DNA of 64,000 nucleotides from Escherichia coli (GTDB lineage Bacteria; Pseudomonadota; Gammaproteobacteria; Enterobacterales; Enterobacteriaceae): NCBI RefSeq assembly GCF_044324875.1, contig NZ_CP172185.1; one strand, 5' to 3'. Shown piece by piece: positions 10,680 to 22,427 of this stretch (position 1 is its first letter; each line of letters starts with the position of its first letter). The notes under the pieces were generated by a model. It saw only the letters and a program-made list of their open reading frames with translations, ran no database searches and was not told where the DNA came from. The position numbers and the translations under genes were made by a program.

Positions 10680-11933
10680 TTACGCACGAATGGTGTAATC
10701 ACCAATGCCGATCCACTTGTAAGTGGTCAGCGCTTCCAGCCCCATTGGGCCACGCGCGTGGAGTTTTTGTGTGCTTACCGCCACTTCCGCGCCCAGTCCA
10801 AACTGGCCGCCGTCGGTAAAACGCGTAGAGGCGTTAACGTAAACAGCGGACGAATCCACTTCGTTAACAAAACGCTGGGCGTTGCGCATATCGCGGGTCA
10901 GGATCGCATCGGAGTGTTGTGTGCCGTGTTCACGAATATGGGCGATGGCATCGTCAAGATCGCTGACGATTTTGACGTTCAAATCTAATGACAGAAACTC
11001 ATCGTCATACTCTTCGGCTTTAACAGCCACCACCTTCGCGGGGCCTGCCTGCAACTGCGCCAGCGCAGCTACATCTGCGTGTAATGTCACGCCGCTTTCC
11101 GCCATTTGCTTGCTTAATGCGGGCAGGAAGCTATCGGCGATGTTTTTATTTACCAGCAACGTTTCTACCGTATTACATGTGCTCGGACGCTGAGTTTTCG
11201 CGTTGACAATTACTTTCAGGGCTTCAGCGATCTCTGCACTTTCATCAACGTAAATATGGCATACGCCTATACCGCCTGTGATCACCGGAATTGTCGACTG
11301 TTCGCGGCACAGCTTATGCAAACCAGCGCCACCGCGCGGGATCAGCATGTCGATGTATTTATCCATACGCAGCATTTCACTGACCAACGCGCGGTCAGGA
11401 TTATCAATCGCCTGTACTGCACCTGCCGGTAAACCGCAGGATTTCAGGGCGTCCTGAATCACCGCCACCGTTGCAGCGTTAGTGCGGCAGGTTTCTTTGC
11501 CGCCACGCAGGATCACTGCGTTACCGGTTTTCAGGCACAGCGAAGCGACATCAACCGTCACGTTCGGCCGCGCTTCATAAATCACGCCAATCACGCCCAA
11601 CGGTACGCGACGACGCTCCAGACGCAGGCCACTGTCCAGCACGCCACCATCGATTACCTGCCCCACCGGATCGGCGAGGTTACACACCTGGCGCACATCA
11701 TCGGCAATGCCTTTCAGCCGTGCGGGCGTCAGAGCCAGACGGTCAAGCATCGCTTCGCTAAGGCCATTGGCACGCGCGTCAGCAACATCCAGGGCGTTAG
11801 CGTTGAGGATGATTTCGCTTTGTGCTTCCAGTTCATCGGCGATTTTTTCCAGCACGCGATTTTTTTCGCGGCTGGAGAGTTGCGCTAATTTATACGAGGC
11901 TTGCTTCGCGGCAATGCCCATTTGTTCCAGCAT
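10680..11933 (-). CDS. proA: Gamma-glutamyl phosphate reductase
   Basis: 417-aa ORF recognised as ProA; immediately downstream of proB. Confidence 0.95.
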   Translation of the reverse strand: MLEQMGIAAKQASYKLAQLSSREKNRVLEKIADELEAQSEIILNANALDVADARANGLSEAMLDRLALTPARLKGIADDVRQVCNLADPVGQVIDGGVLDSGLRLERRRVPLGVIGVIYEARPNVTVDVASLCLKTGNAVILRGGKETCRTNAATVAVIQDALKSCGLPAGAVQAIDNPDRALVSEMLRMDKYIDMLIPRGGAGLHKLCREQSTIPVITGGIGVCHIYVDESAEIAEALKVIVNAKTQRPSTCNTVETLLVNKNIADSFLPALSKQMAESGVTLHADVAALAQLQAGPAKVVAVKAEEYDDEFLSLDLNVKIVSDLDDAIAHIREHGTQHSDAILTRDMRNAQRFVNEVDSSAVYVNASTRFTDGGQFGLGAEVAVSTQKLHARGPMGLEALTTYKWIGIGDYTIRA

Positions 11934-11944
11934 CAGCCTGCTCC

Positions 11945-13048
11945 TTAACGGGTAATCATGTCATCACGGTGAACGGCAACCGGGCCATATTCATATCCCA
12001 GTATTGCATCAATTTCTTGCGAGTGGTGTCCGGCAATGCGGCGTAATGCATCGCTGTTGTAACGACTGACGCCGTGGGCGATATCGCGACCTTCGAGGTT
12101 GCAAATGCGGATGACTTCACCACGCGAGAAATTGCCAGTCACGCTTTTAATACCTTTCGGCAACAGGGAGCTGCCGCGTTCAAGAATGGCGGCGGTTGCC
12201 CCTTCATCTACCGTGATTTCACCCGCAGGTGGTGCACCGAAAATCCAGCGTTTGCGGTTTTCAAGCGGAGTCGCCTGGGCATGGAACAACGTACCGACGG
12301 AGATGCCTTCCATCACATCACCAATAACGCCCGGCTTGCTGCCCGCGGCAATAATGGTGTCGATACCCGCACGGCAAGCCACGTCTGCGGCCTGCAATTT
12401 GGTACTCATGCCGCCAGTTCCGAGGCCTGAAACGCTGTCGCCAGCAATCGCGCGCAGTGCGTCATCAATGCCGTAAACATCTTTAATCAGTTCTGCCTGC
12501 GGATTGCTGCGCGGGTCAGCGGTATACAAACCTTTTTGATCGGTCAGCAGCAACAGTTTATCGGCACCCGCCAGAATCGCCGCCAGCGCAGAAAGATTGT
12601 CGTTATCGCCGACCTTAATCTCTGCAGTAGCGACAGCATCGTTCTCATTGATTACCGGAACGATATTGTTATCGAGCAACGCACGCAGGGTGTCGCGGGC
12701 GTTCAGGAAGCGTTCACGGTCTTCCATATCAGCACGGGTCAGCAGCATTTGCCCGACGTGAATGCCATAAATAGAAAACAGCTGTTCCCACAGTTGAATC
12801 AGTCGACTCTGCCCTACCGCCGCCAGCAGTTGTTTCGAGGCGATAGTCGCTGGCAGTTCCGGGTAACCCAGGTGCTCACGTCCGGCGGCGATCGCGCCCG
12901 ACGTCACAATAACAATCCGATGCCCGGCGGCATGTAACTGCGCGCACTGGCGAACAAGTTCAACGATATGGGCACGGTTCAGACGGCGCGATCCGCCTGT
13001 TAGCACACTGGTGCCGAGTTTTACCACCAGCGTCTGGCTGTCACTCAT
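11945..13048 (-). CDS. proB: Glutamate 5-kinase
   Basis: ORF containing [19 protein letters not shown]...; start taken at that methionine (ORF track extends upstream to 13135). Confidence 0.95.
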
Positions 13049-13236
13049 GATTCTCTGCCATTCAATTTTAGGAAAAATGATATCAAACGAACGTTTTAGC
13101 AGGACTGTCGTCGGTTGCCAACCATCTGCGAGCAAAGCATGGCGTTTTGTTGCGCGGGATCAGCAAGCGTAGCGGCAGTTGTTTACGCTTTTATTACAGA
13201 TTTAATAAATTACCACATTTTAAGAATATTATTAAT

Positions 13237-13254
13237 CTGTAATATATCTTTAAC
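13237..13254 (+). promoter_or_regulatory. Pho box (PhoB binding site) of the phoE promoter
   Basis: CTGTAATATATCTTTAAC: two 7-bp direct repeats CTGTAAT / CTTTAAC spaced by 4 bp, about 80 bp upstream of the phoE start. Confidence 0.5.
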
Positions 13255-13335
13255 AATCTCAGGTTAAAAACTTTCCTGTTTTCAACGGGACTCTCCCGCT
13301 GAATATTCGCGCGTTAATTAAAATCAGGAATGAAA

Positions 13336-14391
13336 ATGAAAAAGAGCACTCTGGCATTAGTGGTGATGGGCATTGTGGCATCTGCATCCGTACAGGCCGC
13401 AGAAATATATAACAAAGACGGTAATAAACTGGATGTCTATGGCAAAGTTAAAGCCATGCATTATATGAGTGATAACGACAGTAAAGATGGCGACCAGAGT
13501 TATATCCGTTTTGGTTTTAAAGGCGAAACACAAATTAACGATCAATTGACCGGTTATGGTCGCTGGGAAGCAGAGTTTGCCGGTAATAAAGCAGAGAGTG
13601 ATACTGCACAGCAAAAAACACGTCTCGCTTTTGCCGGGTTGAAATATAAAGATTTGGGTTCTTTCGATTATGGTCGTAACCTGGGCGCGTTGTATGACGT
13701 GGAAGCCTGGACCGATATGTTTCCGGAATTTGGTGGCGACTCCTCGGCGCAGACCGACAACTTTATGACCAAACGCGCCAGCGGTCTGGCTACTTACCGT
13801 AACACTGACTTTTTCGGCGTTATCGATGGTCTGAACTTAACCCTGCAATATCAAGGGAAAAACGAAAACCGCGACGTTAAAAAGCAAAACGGCGATGGCT
13901 TCGGCACGTCATTGACATATGACTTCGGCGGCAGCGATTTCGCCATCAGTGGAGCCTATACCAACTCCGATCGCACCAACGAGCAGAACCTGCAAAGCCG
14001 TGGCACAGGCAAGCGTGCAGAAGCATGGGCAACAGGTCTGAAATACGATGCCAATAATATTTATCTGGCAACTTTTTATTCTGAAACGCGTAAAATGACG
14101 CCAATCTCTGGCGGCTTTGCCAATAAGACACAGAACTTTGAAGCGGTCGCCCAATACCAGTTTGACTTTGGTCTGCGTCCGTCGCTGGGTTATGTCTTAT
14201 CGAAAGGGAAAGATATTGAAGGCATCGGTGATGAAGATCTGGTCAATTATATCGATGTTGGTGCTACGTATTATTTCAACAAAAATATGTCGGCATTTGT
14301 TGATTATAAAATAAACCAACTGGATAGCGATAATAAGCTGAACATCAATAATGATGATATTGTCGCGGTTGGCATGACCTATCAGTTTTAA
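13336..14391 (+). CDS. phoE: Phosphate-starvation outer membrane porin PhoE
   Basis: ORF starting [21 protein letters not shown] (signal peptide) with porin beta-barrel and C-terminal ...GMTYQF. Confidence 0.95.
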   Translation: MKKSTLALVVMGIVASASVQAAEIYNKDGNKLDVYGKVKAMHYMSDNDSKDGDQSYIRFGFKGETQINDQLTGYGRWEAEFAGNKAESDTAQQKTRLAFAGLKYKDLGSFDYGRNLGALYDVEAWTDMFPEFGGDSSAQTDNFMTKRASGLATYRNTDFFGVIDGLNLTLQYQGKNENRDVKKQNGDGFGTSLTYDFGGSDFAISGAYTNSDRTNEQNLQSRGTGKRAEAWATGLKYDANNIYLATFYSETRKMTPISGGFANKTQNFEAVAQYQFDFGLRPSLGYVLSKGKDIEGIGDEDLVNYIDVGATYYFNKNMSAFVDYKINQLDSDNKLNINNDDIVAVGMTYQF

Positions 14392-14429
14392 TGGATATTG
14401 CCGGATGTGATGCATCCGGCACATTTCAC

Positions 14430-14888
<459 letters not shown>

Positions 14889-16133
14889 TTAACACAATCG
14901 TTTTTCGATCCAGTCGGTGATTTCCTGAAGACCTTTGTCAAAATTCCGATACACCGGGTTAAATGGGATCTCTAACAATTTACCGTCAGCAGATGATGAG
15001 GTGATTAAGCGTGAGTCCTCTTCCGGGCTGAACGGATCGTTCTTCCAGTAGCCTGATAACATTGGCGTTGGGCAGCGACGTCCCAGCAATCCTTGCACTT
15101 TTAATGAATAGCGATTCAGCTCCACGCGCAACGCTTCGTCGGAAGCATCATGCATCCCCAAACGGCTCGCCAGAACGTCAAGATACATTTCCGGCACCTG
15201 TTGCTGGCACTTAAAATCACTCAACAGGGTATGAACTACCGGACCAAGACAGGCAACCGCTTTCAGACGCGGCGATTCAAGGTATGCCAGACGCACGGCA
15301 ACGTTAGCGCCGAAACGGAAACCAAAGGCCGCGACGCGAGTGTGATCTACCCACGGTACGTTAGGCAGCGCCTTTAAGACGTGCTGATGCAACAGGCTGG
15401 AGTCCTGGGTGAGCTTCCATTTTGAAGAAAAGCCCACCGACGGCATATCAATAGTCAGCATCGCAATGCCGCGCGGCGCAAAATAACGTTCATACAGGCT
15501 GTAATAGTCCGTCTGCATCGCATCCAGACCACCACACATTAATACTGTCGGGAACGGGCCATCGCCTTTCGGCATATGCAAAAAGCCGGTGATGGGCGCA
15601 CCGCCGGGTACGGTAAACTCCATCTGCCGCATGGTGCCCGGCAGACGCTGAGCGGCCTCTTCATAGGCGCGGTTTGACAAAGCCTGCGCTTGCTCGGCCA
15701 GGTCATCTCCTTTCAGATGAGGATAGGCGGCAATGTTGTACAACGTAGCCGCATGCAGCCAGTGACGACCACTGAGTTGCGGATCTTCTTCCGCACAGGC
15801 TTTTTGTTGCCACACCATCGCCTGGGTGGCCCACTCATAAATCCAGTTGCCACCACGGTAGCCAATCACCGTATCGTATAAATCATCGTCGGTACGTTCG
15901 GCATCGCTCATCACAATACGTGCCTGGACGTCGAGGATTTCACGTGGGTCAATGCCGCGCCAGATCCACATCAGACGGTTAATCATGCGATACCAGTGAG
16001 GGATGGTTTTACCATCAAGGGCCGACTGCACAGGCGGTTGTGCGCCGTGATTAAAGCGGCGAACTAGCGTCGAGGTTTCAGGATGTTTAAAGCGGGGTTT
16101 GAACAGGGTTTCGCTCAGGTTTGCCTGTGTCAT
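14889..16133 (-). CDS. frsA: Fermentation/respiration switch protein (alpha/beta hydrolase)
   Basis: 414-aa ORF between crl and gpt, recognised as FrsA. Confidence 0.9.
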
Positions 16134-16224
16134 GGATGCAGCCTCCAGAATACTTACTGGAAACTATTGTAACCTGCCTGAAGTTAAAAAGAACAACGCC
16201 CGGCAGTGCCAGGCGTTGAAAAGA

Positions 16225-16683
16225 TTAGCGACCGGAGATTGGCGGGACGAATACGACGCCCATATCCCACGGTTGTTCGATCCAGGTATCTTGCGGGATA
16301 TCAACAACATAATCATCAACCAGCGGACGACCAGCCGGTTTTGCGAAGATGGTGACAAAGTGCGCTTTTGGATACATTTCACGAATCGCAACCGCAGTGC
16401 CACCGGTATCCACCAGGTCATCAATAACGATGAAGCCTTCGCCATCGCCTTCTGCGCGTTTTAGCACTTTAAGCTCGCGCTGGTTGTCGTGATCATAGCT
16501 GGAAATACAAACGGTATCGACATGACGAATACCCAGTTCACGCGCCAGTAACGCACCCGGTACCAGACCGCCACGGCTTACGGCAATAATGCCTTTCCAT
16601 TGTTCAGAAGGCATCAGTCGGCTTGCGAGTTTACGTGCATGGATCTGCAACATGTCCCAGGTGACGATGTATTTTTCGCTCAT
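16225..16683 (-). CDS. gpt: Xanthine-guanine phosphoribosyltransferase
   Basis: 152-aa [23 protein letters not shown]... with PRPP-binding motif [11 protein letters not shown]. Confidence 0.95.
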
Positions 16684-16943
16684 GTGAAGTGTCCCAGCCT
16701 GTTTATCTACGGCTTAAAAAGTGTTCGAGGGGAAAATAGGTTGCGCGAGATTATAGAGATCTGGCGCACTAAAAACCAGTATTTCACATGAGTCCGCGTC
16801 TTTTTACGCACTGCCTCTCCCTGACGCGGGATAAAGTGGTATTCTCAAACATATCTCGCAAGCCTGTCTTGTGTTGACAACATTTTCTGCTAACCCTGTG
16901 ACCTGCAATACTGTTTTGCGGGTGATCGACAAGGAGACTTAAC

Positions 16944-18401
16944 GTGTCTGAACTGTCTCAATTATCTCCACAGCCGCTGTGGGATATTTTTGCCAAAATT
17001 TGTTCTATTCCTCACCCGTCCTATCATGAAGAGCAACTCGCTGAATACATTGTTGGTTGGGCAAAAGAGAAAGGTTTCCATGTCGAACGCGATCAGGTAG
17101 GTAATATCCTGATTCGTAAACCTGCTACCGCAGGTATGGAAAATCGTAAACCGGTCGTCTTGCAGGCCCACCTCGATATGGTGCCGCAGAAAAATAACGA
17201 CACCGTGCATGACTTCACTAAAGATCCTATCCAGCCTTATATTGATGGCGAATGGGTTAAAGCGCGCGGCACCACGCTGGGTGCGGATAACGGCATTGGT
17301 ATGGCGTCTGCGCTGGCGGTTCTGGCTGACGAAAACGTGGTTCACGGCCCGCTGGAAGTGCTGCTGACCATGACCGAAGAAGCCGGTATGGATGGTGCTT
17401 TTGGCTTACAGAGCAACTGGTTGCAGGCTGATATTCTGATTAACACCGACTCCGAAGAGGAAGGTGAAATCTACATGGGTTGCGCGGGGGGTATCGACTT
17501 CACCTCCAACCTGCATTTAGATCGTGAAGCAGTTCCAGCTGGTTTTGAAACCTTCAAGTTAACCTTAAAAGGTCTGAAAGGCGGTCACTCCGGCGGTGAA
17601 ATCCACGTTGGCCTGGGTAATGCCAACAAACTGCTGGTGCGCTTCCTGGCGGGTCATGCGGAAGAGCTGGACCTGCGCCTTATCGATTTCAACGGTGGCA
17701 CACTGCGTAACGCCATCCCGCGTGAAGCCTTTGCGACGATTGCTGTCGCAGCTGATAAAGTCGACGCACTGAAATCTCTGGTGAATACCTATCAGGAGAT
17801 CCTGAAAAACGAGCTGGCAGAGAAAGAGAAAAATCTGGCATTGCTGCTGGACTCTGTTGCGAACGATAAAGCTGCCCTGATTGCGAAATCTCGCGATACC
17901 TTTATTCGTCTGCTGAACGCTACCCCGAACGGTGTGATCCGCAACTCCGACGTGGCAAAAGGTGTGGTCGAAACCTCCCTGAACGTCGGTGTGGTGACCA
18001 TGACTGACAATAACGTAGAAATTCACTGCCTGATCCGTTCTCTGATCGACAGCGGTAAAGACTACGTGGTGAGCATGCTGGATTCGCTGGGTAAACTGGC
18101 AGGCGCGAAAACCGAAGCGAAAGGCGCATATCCTGGCTGGCAGCCAGACGCTAATTCTCCGGTGATGCATCTGGTACGTGAAACCTATCAGCGTCTGTTC
18201 AACAAGACGCCGAACATCCAGATTATCCACGCGGGCCTGGAATGTGGTCTGTTTAAAAAACCGTATCCGGAAATGGACATGGTTTCTATCGGGCCAACCA
18301 TCACCGGTCCACACTCTCCGGATGAGCAAGTTCACATCGAAAGCGTAGGTCATTACTGGACACTACTGACTGAACTGCTGAAAGAAATTCCGGCGAAGTA
18401 A
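16944..18401 (+). CDS. pepD: Cytosol nonspecific dipeptidase (aminoacyl-histidine dipeptidase)
   Basis: 485-aa ORF, M20-family metallopeptidase, recognised as PepD. Confidence 0.95.
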   Translation: MSELSQLSPQPLWDIFAKICSIPHPSYHEEQLAEYIVGWAKEKGFHVERDQVGNILIRKPATAGMENRKPVVLQAHLDMVPQKNNDTVHDFTKDPIQPYIDGEWVKARGTTLGADNGIGMASALAVLADENVVHGPLEVLLTMTEEAGMDGAFGLQSNWLQADILINTDSEEEGEIYMGCAGGIDFTSNLHLDREAVPAGFETFKLTLKGLKGGHSGGEIHVGLGNANKLLVRFLAGHAEELDLRLIDFNGGTLRNAIPREAFATIAVAADKVDALKSLVNTYQEILKNELAEKEKNLALLLDSVANDKAALIAKSRDTFIRLLNATPNGVIRNSDVAKGVVETSLNVGVVTMTDNNVEIHCLIRSLIDSGKDYVVSMLDSLGKLAGAKTEAKGAYPGWQPDANSPVMHLVRETYQRLFNKTPNIQIIHAGLECGLFKKPYPEMDMVSIGPTITGPHSPDEQVHIESVGHYWTLLTELLKEIPAK

Positions 18402-18411
18402 TTACAATAAT

Positions 18412-18442
18412 GTCCACGCCTGCGGGCGTGGACTACTGTTTG
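18412..18442 (+). terminator. Possible pepD terminator hairpin
   Basis: Perfect stem gtccacgcc / ggcgtggac with tgcg loop 11 nt after the pepD stop; trailing T-run is weak. Confidence 0.4.
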
Positions 18443-18448
18443 AAGCCA

Positions 18449-18691
18449 ATGGCTATCTATATCGAAATAACAAAACATTATGAAACTCATGAAAAGGTCG
18501 CATATTTATATAGCTGCGACCATATTTCATGGGGAGAATTTCTGATCACCAAAGAAGGTTTTGCGCTGGAATCCGTGAAAGAACTTAAGGGTGAAAAGCA
18601 GAAATTTTATATGTTCAGAGCCTGGGGCAAAGTCAGGAGAGCATACTTAACCACGGGAGAATTTCCCCAGGAAACATGTTACGCCGCTTAA
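18449..18691 (+). CDS. Small hypothetical protein (about 80 aa)
   Basis: ORF from MAIYIEITKHYETHEKVAYLY...; no recognisable motif; sits in a segment between pepD and prfH. Confidence 0.25.
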   Translation: MAIYIEITKHYETHEKVAYLYSCDHISWGEFLITKEGFALESVKELKGEKQKFYMFRAWGKVRRAYLTTGEFPQETCYAA

Positions 18692-18707
18692 AGTCAGAAT
18701 AATTTTT

Positions 18708-19217
18708 TCATGCATTTACCATTTTGGCATTACGCCTGCACCACATGGCAATGGCGGCAACCACTAATGCCAGTTCCAGTAAAAACGACCAGTGTAATAA
18801 AAAATTGAGCCACCACGGATGATGTACCGCCGTAATATGAAAGAATGCAAACGGTTGGTTAACGAAAGGCATCAGCCACCAGATATCACCGACCAGCGTA
18901 TCGAGTAATAAATGCGCGATACTATTCAGGCAAAACACCACGCCCAGCCACGCCGGAAGTTTATTCTTCGCAATTCCTGCCCAGACTAATGTCGCCGCCA
19001 GCAGAGCAAACCATAATAATGGCCAATGAGACGGGTAAAGATGATGATGTCGTTGCCCGTTATCAACCAGATAGCACCAAAAAAGATCAAAATCGGGCGC
19101 AACGGCCCCAAGTAAGCCAATAACCATCGCCCAGCGCGCATGACGAGCAATCAGTGGCAAGCGTTTCATTAAAGTACAAGTTATTAAATAACCAGCCGGA
19201 AGATGACCGATAAACAT
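18708..19217 (-). CDS. DUF457/YdjM-like membrane-bound metal-dependent hydrolase family protein
   Basis: Polytopic hydrophobic ORF with N-terminal GHL, an APDFDL motif and histidine clusters; start taken at MFIGHLPAGY; directly downstream of prfH on the same strand. Confidence 0.5.
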   Translation of the reverse strand: MFIGHLPAGYLITCTLMKRLPLIARHARWAMVIGLLGAVAPDFDLFWCYLVDNGQRHHHLYPSHWPLLWFALLAATLVWAGIAKNKLPAWLGVVFCLNSIAHLLLDTLVGDIWWLMPFVNQPFAFFHITAVHHPWWLNFLLHWSFLLELALVVAAIAMWCRRNAKMVNA

Positions 19218-19278
19218 GACTATTCCTTTCGTTTTTCCCGCCGCTTTCATATAGAAAACGGCGGGAGACATTCCTCAA

Positions 19279-19893
19279 TTACACAGCGACAAAAGCCATC
19301 CCTGTAAACGTTCGTCGCGGGTTGCCACGTTCAATCTGGTGATGGAACATTCGCCGCTGCGATTTCAGCGCCGCGCTATTTTCCTGTTGCTGTTGCTCCA
19401 GCTTCCAGGCAATCAGCAATCGCGCCAGCCGTTTGTTGGCATGTTGGCTGCGCTCTGACTGAACCTTCACGCTAATCCCGGATGCCAGATGCGTGGCGCG
19501 TACCGCCGAGTCGGTTTTATTGACATGTTGACCGCCCGGCCCCGACGAACGCAGCGTCTCATAACGGATTGCATCCGATTGTTCCTGCTCATCAGCAGTA
19601 AAACGCCCAATGCCCAGAAACCAGTTTTTGCGCCCATGATGAGGCCGATACGGACTCGGACAAATCCACTGGATAGTGCCGCACCAACTTTCGCTTAATG
19701 CCCATGCGTTATCGCCATCCAGAGAAATCAGCGCTGAACGCAACGTGTCAGAGTAGCGACCCGTTTCTGTTTCCAGCACCGTTATCGCGACGTCTTGTCG
19801 GGTAGCTTCTTTAATCAACCTGTCCAGCGCCTTTTTCACTGCGAGGCAACATTCTTCCGGCCCCTGCGCTGAGGAGAGTTGTAGCAAGATCAT
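19279..19893 (-). CDS. prfH: Peptide chain release factor homolog PrfH, full length
   Basis: 204 codons from [21 protein letters not shown] with GGQ motif ([16 protein letters not shown]); start overlaps the rtcB stop. Confidence 0.85.
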   Translation of the reverse strand: MILLQLSSAQGPEECCLAVKKALDRLIKEATRQDVAITVLETETGRYSDTLRSALISLDGDNAWALSESWCGTIQWICPSPYRPHHGRKNWFLGIGRFTADEQEQSDAIRYETLRSSGPGGQHVNKTDSAVRATHLASGISVKVQSERSQHANKRLARLLIAWKLEQQQQENSAALKSQRRMFHHQIERGNPRRTFTGMAFVAV

Positions 19894-21029
19894 CCTTTTT
19901 TCCCTCCACTGTTTTTGAGCGTTAGCACCGGACGCAGCCGCGCGACAGGAATAATTAAACCGGCTTGCACCAGACATTGCACCACGCTTTCAGCCGATTT
20001 ATAGGCTTGTGGCGCTTCTTCAAAGATGAGTTGTTTATCGCGACAAATTACCCGACTGCCAAGTTCAGTACGCGAGAGTTGCGTCGCCGTGCATTTCGCT
20101 GCCAGACGCCCTTTACACTCGGTGCGCCCCCATTTACGCCCTGCCCCATGCGCCAGCGAGTGGAGCGTTTTTTCGTTCGCAACAGGCTGTACAAGCCAGG
20201 AGTAATCACCGCGTGAACCGGGAATAATCACCAGACCGTTGTCATCCGGCGTGGCACCTTTACGATGCAACCAACCCTGTTGATCGCCGATTTGGCACGC
20301 GCTAACAAAGTTATGCGCCACATCCAGAACCGGACTTCCGGTGGCCTTAACTTGTTGCATTATGCGCAAAGCAATCATCTGGCGATTAATACGCGCAAAC
20401 GCTAGCACATCGTCATGTTCCGCAATATACCGTAGCGCGTCGTCACTGCCTTCAGGCAAACCATGATGCGAAAACGAGGCAATATGCCGCTGTAAAATAG
20501 ACTGCCCCAACCCCCTCGAGCCGCTATGAACCAGCAGTTGCAGATGCTGCGCATCCAGACCTGCCAGTGCAAACAGTTCAGCGTCGATGATTTCATCAAC
20601 TTGTTGCAGTTCTGCGAAGTGGTTTCCGCCACCGATAGAGCCAAGCGAGCTGCGCCACGGATGCTGTGCAAATGCTGACGGCAGGTTTTCCTCCAGCCAG
20701 CTTTCTTCAGCAACGTCATCCAAAGCTGATAATCGCTTTTCAAACTTATCGGCGTTGTATTTGCGAGCGAGAATATCTGTTTGCCATAGCGCCATGCCGC
20801 AGCCGATATCATTGCCGACCAGTGCCGGGTAAAAACGGCCTGCGGAGAAGAACGCTGCGCCAATCGGGTAGCCGCGTCCGGGATGTAAATCTGGCATCCC
20901 TACTACGCGCTGCATGTTGGGTAAATTTGCCGTGGTGTGTAATTGTTGGATCGCTAAACTCTCGATCCACAGGTCATCAGATGCGATGGTAAATACCGCA
21001 TCGGATAAGGGACGAATATATTTGCCCAT
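19890..21029 (-). CDS. rtcB2: RtcB-family RNA ligase paired with prfH
   Basis: [13 protein letters not shown]... with RtcB-like metal-binding histidines; 4-nt overlap with prfH indicates an operon. Confidence 0.8.
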   Translation of the reverse strand: MGKYIRPLSDAVFTIASDDLWIESLAIQQLHTTANLPNMQRVVGMPDLHPGRGYPIGAAFFSAGRFYPALVGNDIGCGMALWQTDILARKYNADKFEKRLSALDDVAEESWLEENLPSAFAQHPWRSSLGSIGGGNHFAELQQVDEIIDAELFALAGLDAQHLQLLVHSGSRGLGQSILQRHIASFSHHGLPEGSDDALRYIAEHDDVLAFARINRQMIALRIMQQVKATGSPVLDVAHNFVSACQIGDQQGWLHRKGATPDDNGLVIIPGSRGDYSWLVQPVANEKTLHSLAHGAGRKWGRTECKGRLAAKCTATQLSRTELGSRVICRDKQLIFEEAPQAYKSAESVVQCLVQAGLIIPVARLRPVLTLKNSGGKKG

Positions 21030-21219
21030 AAACCATTCCATTTATGAATAAAAATCAGGAAATGGCAGACGAATCCAGGGCAAGAAAAAAAGAATTAATC
21101 CTGGAAAGGTCTGCAAAGAGTCATTGATAAAGGATTTGTCATGATTTACCTCCTTGCAGTTTGTGGAATAAGAAAACGCGCACATACTAGGCGGGCGTTA
21201 TTTTCATTGCAAGCTGGAT

Positions 21220-21672
21220 TTAATGTTGCGGTTTATATCGCATATAAAAATTAGTAAACCACGCTCCCCGGCATTCAACGCACTGCTGCTTAACTGTCTG
21301 AAAACCATAACGTTCAAAAAAGGGCTTTGCGGTTATGCTGGCGTCCACCGTAAGTTCGGATTCAGACTTAATCAAAGGTTTTAACAAAGCGCTGGCAACC
21401 CCACGGCGGGTGTATTCAGGGTCAACAAATAACATATCGATATAATGTTCAATGCGGGAAATAAAACCAACCGGTTGTGCATTAATGACTGCAACCCGCA
21501 CTTGTGATTTCGCGAGTTTATCTTTCCAGCGAGATTCGTCAATCTGCGCCCAGGCGGCAATTTGCTGTGGAGAATAGTGCTGACTGGCAGTCATCGTAAC
21601 CGCTCGAAGGAAAATAGCGCATAGTTGCTGAAAATCGCCAGGCTGATAGTTTCTTATATGTATGTTATTCAT
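21220..21672 (-). CDS. yafP: GNAT-family N-acetyltransferase
   Basis: 150-aa ORF MNNIHIRNYQPGDFQQLCAIF..., last gene of the dinB-yafN-yafO-yafP operon. Confidence 0.85.
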   Translation of the reverse strand: MNNIHIRNYQPGDFQQLCAIFLRAVTMTASQHYSPQQIAAWAQIDESRWKDKLAKSQVRVAVINAQPVGFISRIEHYIDMLFVDPEYTRRGVASALLKPLIKSESELTVDASITAKPFFERYGFQTVKQQCVECRGAWFTNFYMRYKPQH

Positions 21673-21681
21673 AATATAAAT

Positions 21682-22080
21682 TCAAAAACGCATGCGAAAC
21701 GCTTCTGCCATTTTCCCAATTTTATGCATTTGGTTGTTATCTCGAGCCAGTTTATGAGGTTCAGGTTTCAGAATGGCAATGAGCAACCATGCTTGCTCAT
21801 CAAACGCACCCTGACAATATACCAAATGCGCTTCGTCATTCGTTCTGCTGAATTGGCGCAACTGTGGCGGAAATGGATTATTCTAATTTGCCAGATGAAT
21901 ATGAGCAACTCGCTCAAATTTGATTAATGGCCAGGTAAACGAGTCGTCGTAGAGTGCATCGCGACCAAATATATCTGGCAAAACACCGTCACGCTTATAG
22001 GAAATAAAATCCGCCGTTAACGCTTCAAGTTCCTCTGCTGTAAGTTGCAGGCGAATGAGTTTTGTTTTGAATACCCGCAT
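21682..22080 (-). pseudogene. yafO: yafO toxin gene interrupted by an in-frame amber codon
   Basis: Frame spans 132 codons as expected for YafO, but codon 66 is TAG (plus strand cta at 21883-21885); the same frame continues ...NNPFPPQLRQF...FRMRF to a TGA at 21682-21684. Confidence 0.75.
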
Positions 22081-22082
22081 CC

Positions 22083-22376
22083 TTATTCCTTAAAGTCATT
22101 GAAATCATCATCCGTCATATCATTAAGATATTTTTCAGCTCGGCGTGTAATTTCCTCTAATCTTGCAGCACTTGGACGGAAGCGCGCCTTTATAGGCTTT
22201 TTCTCCTCTTGTTCAGTAAGCATGTCCATTAACGCTTCGAATGCGCTGGCACTTAAGAGATATCCTGCGGGGCGATTATTAGAAAGAACCGCAACTGGTT
22301 GATCAATAAAGTATTTAGCTGGGTTTTTACGTAACTCAGTGATATTGACCGATTTTTCCGCAAGAATTCGATGCAT
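22083..22376 (-). CDS. yafN: Type II antitoxin YafN
   Basis: 97-aa ORF MHRILAEKSVNITELRKNPAKYF..., intact, immediately upstream of yafO. Confidence 0.85.
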   Translation of the reverse strand: MHRILAEKSVNITELRKNPAKYFIDQPVAVLSNNRPAGYLLSASAFEALMDMLTEQEEKKPIKARFRPSAARLEEITRRAEKYLNDMTDDDFNDFKE

Positions 22377-22427
22377 ACAGTGATCCCCTCATAATAATGC
22401 ACACCAGAATAGACATAATAGTATACA

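Noticed and set aside
10599-10988. 129-aa plus-strand ORF beginning next to thrW and overlapping proA
   Set aside because: Overlaps the 3' end of proA on the opposite strand; most plausibly an antisense artefact.
17565-18353. 262-aa minus-strand ORF inside pepD
   Set aside because: Antisense to the well-supported pepD frame; composition dominated by Arg/His/Gln/Phe with no motif; treated as a spurious shadow ORF.
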